Assembly (NCBI GenBank): GCA_028023455.1 | Contig: JAQFVV010000004.1 | Span: 1,488,001 to 1,552,000, forward strand | Source of the DNA: Epiperipatus broadwayi | Lineage: Eukaryota; Animalia; Onychophora | Direction of reading: 5' to 3' | DNA length: 64,000 nucleotides | Part shown: one piece after another, positions 62,750-64,000 of the stretch | How the letters are laid out: every line of letters starts with the position of its first letter | Numbering within the stretch: the stretch's first letter is position 1 | The notes under the pieces: generated by a model | What the model was told of the DNA's origin: nothing | Databases searched by the model: none | The model's input: only the letters and a program-made list of their open reading frames with translations | Made by a program: the position numbers and the translations under genes

Positions 62750-63450
62750 TCTAATATTCGAAAATATACTTTTTTAATAATAATTTTACGCTTTTTAATA
62801 AATTAAAACGTTGCGTCAAAAAATTTCTAAAACTTTATTATCAAATTGAAAAAATTATAGAATGTTAGTGAAATTCATAATCGATTATAAACATTAAGTT
62901 TTAATTATTTTTTTAAACTAAAGATGGCAGTTCATTCACCTATATAAAATTAACATTTGATTTAATTATCAGTCCGTCTGCTAGAATAGACTTACAAAAT
63001 TAAAAATGAATAGTCTTAAAGACCTTTTTGAACAAATCTTAGAACTTGAAAAGAGAGCAAGATTACGTCTGAATTATATCATCGATCGTAAGTTGTAAAA
63101 GCGAAATAAATTGTTTCTTTATTTTAATATATAAAAAAAGCCTTTTTTACTTATCGGTTGAGGCGCCAAATACTATAATGCTAGAAAAAAAAAAAAAGTA
63201 CCAAAAAAAAAAAAAAAACTTTTAATTATCTATAACAAAACTAATGTAAGAAGTGATATAATTATTCCACGCCAAATGATTTTAAAGATGCCAATAAAAA
63301 AAGGAAAAAAGAAGGTAGAAATAAAACTAATTTTTCTTCGAAAATATTTATAGTCAATAAAAGTTACGGCGCAAGATTTTTTTTTTTAAAAAAATCTTTT
63401 AATTAATAAACTTGTTTAACAATTTCTTTGGCGAATAATGGATAAATTGT
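62750..63450. promoter_or_regulatory. CpG-enriched island, candidate promoter
   Basis: Visible cluster of CG dinucleotides (TTGCGTC, ATCGATCG, GGCGCC, ACGGCGC) against a CG-poor background; judged by eye, not counted. Confidence 0.5.
63006..63087 (+). CDS. Candidate first coding exon of a coiled-coil protein
   Basis: AAAAATG start context, MNSLKDLFEQILELEKRARLRLNYIID, then a consensus donor C|GTAAGT, inside the CpG island. Confidence 0.5.
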
Positions 63451-64000
63451 TCTCATCTATGTATATATATTTCCTGTCTAAATAATTAATTTTATTAACT
63501 TAAGAAAAAATCTTTAACCTTGGCTTCACATAAGAATTTATGAAAGATAGTGCAACTCAACAAATTACAATTTTTCCTCCTTGATAATTAGGCAGAGCCA
63601 CCTTGTAATGAAAATTTTATTTGTAGAGAAATTGCAATTTATAGCTTTGGCAGCTAAATCTTTTTGTCTATTTGCAATGGATTAAAACTAAACTAAAAGA
63701 ATATACAAAAATTGATTTGCAAGATGCAATTTATATAAAACCTCTAGATACTGGTCTAATGTTAGCATTATTTGCTATGTATGATCAATAAAAATTACTT
63801 TAAAACTAAAATCAGTATATTAATTATGGTTATCCATCGATCACTACACTGATTGTGGTTATTAATCTACCTTTGTATCTAATGCATAATAAGTCTAAAA
63901 TAAATTAATTTTTCCTTCATTCAGATATTAAAAATAATATTAGTAAGTACTGAGCGATGTAGCTCTTTGAGGAGCTGTGAAAATAAAATTTCAAATTAGA

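Overview
Very AT-rich, CpG-depleted eukaryotic DNA, probably an invertebrate animal; the species cannot be identified from sequence alone. It looks largely intronic or intergenic and is dense in transposable-element debris, and almost all ORFs in the supplied track look spurious. The dominant signal is about 20 long fold-back (palindromic) insertions of 100-850 bp. Most are built from several unrelated repeat families that each carry a type I hammerhead ribozyme (HHR) motif: CTGANGA, stem II, GAAA, a palindromic mini stem III, the NUH cleavage triplet, then stem I. Many palindromes are flanked by 9-20 bp target-site duplications (TSDs) and carry a ~40-50 bp 'tail' on one arm only. Two decayed Penelope-like (PLE) GIY-YIG endonuclease fragments are each followed by an HHR-like motif, and a decayed PLE reverse transcriptase is also present, which links the hairpins to Penelope-type retrotransposition. 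Other content: the 5' end of an LTR retrotransposon (LTR, tRNA-Lys PBS, gag start), a Merlin-like transposase remnant, a near full-length decayed hAT (Charlie/Buster) element, a young hAT MITE, several RTE LINE fragments, a tRNA-derived SINE family, one candidate Cys-rich exon (minus strand) and a candidate first coding exon in a CpG-rich island near the right end. All alignments, folds and translations were done by eye. Coordinates may be off by a few bases, and ribozyme activity is predicted, not shown.
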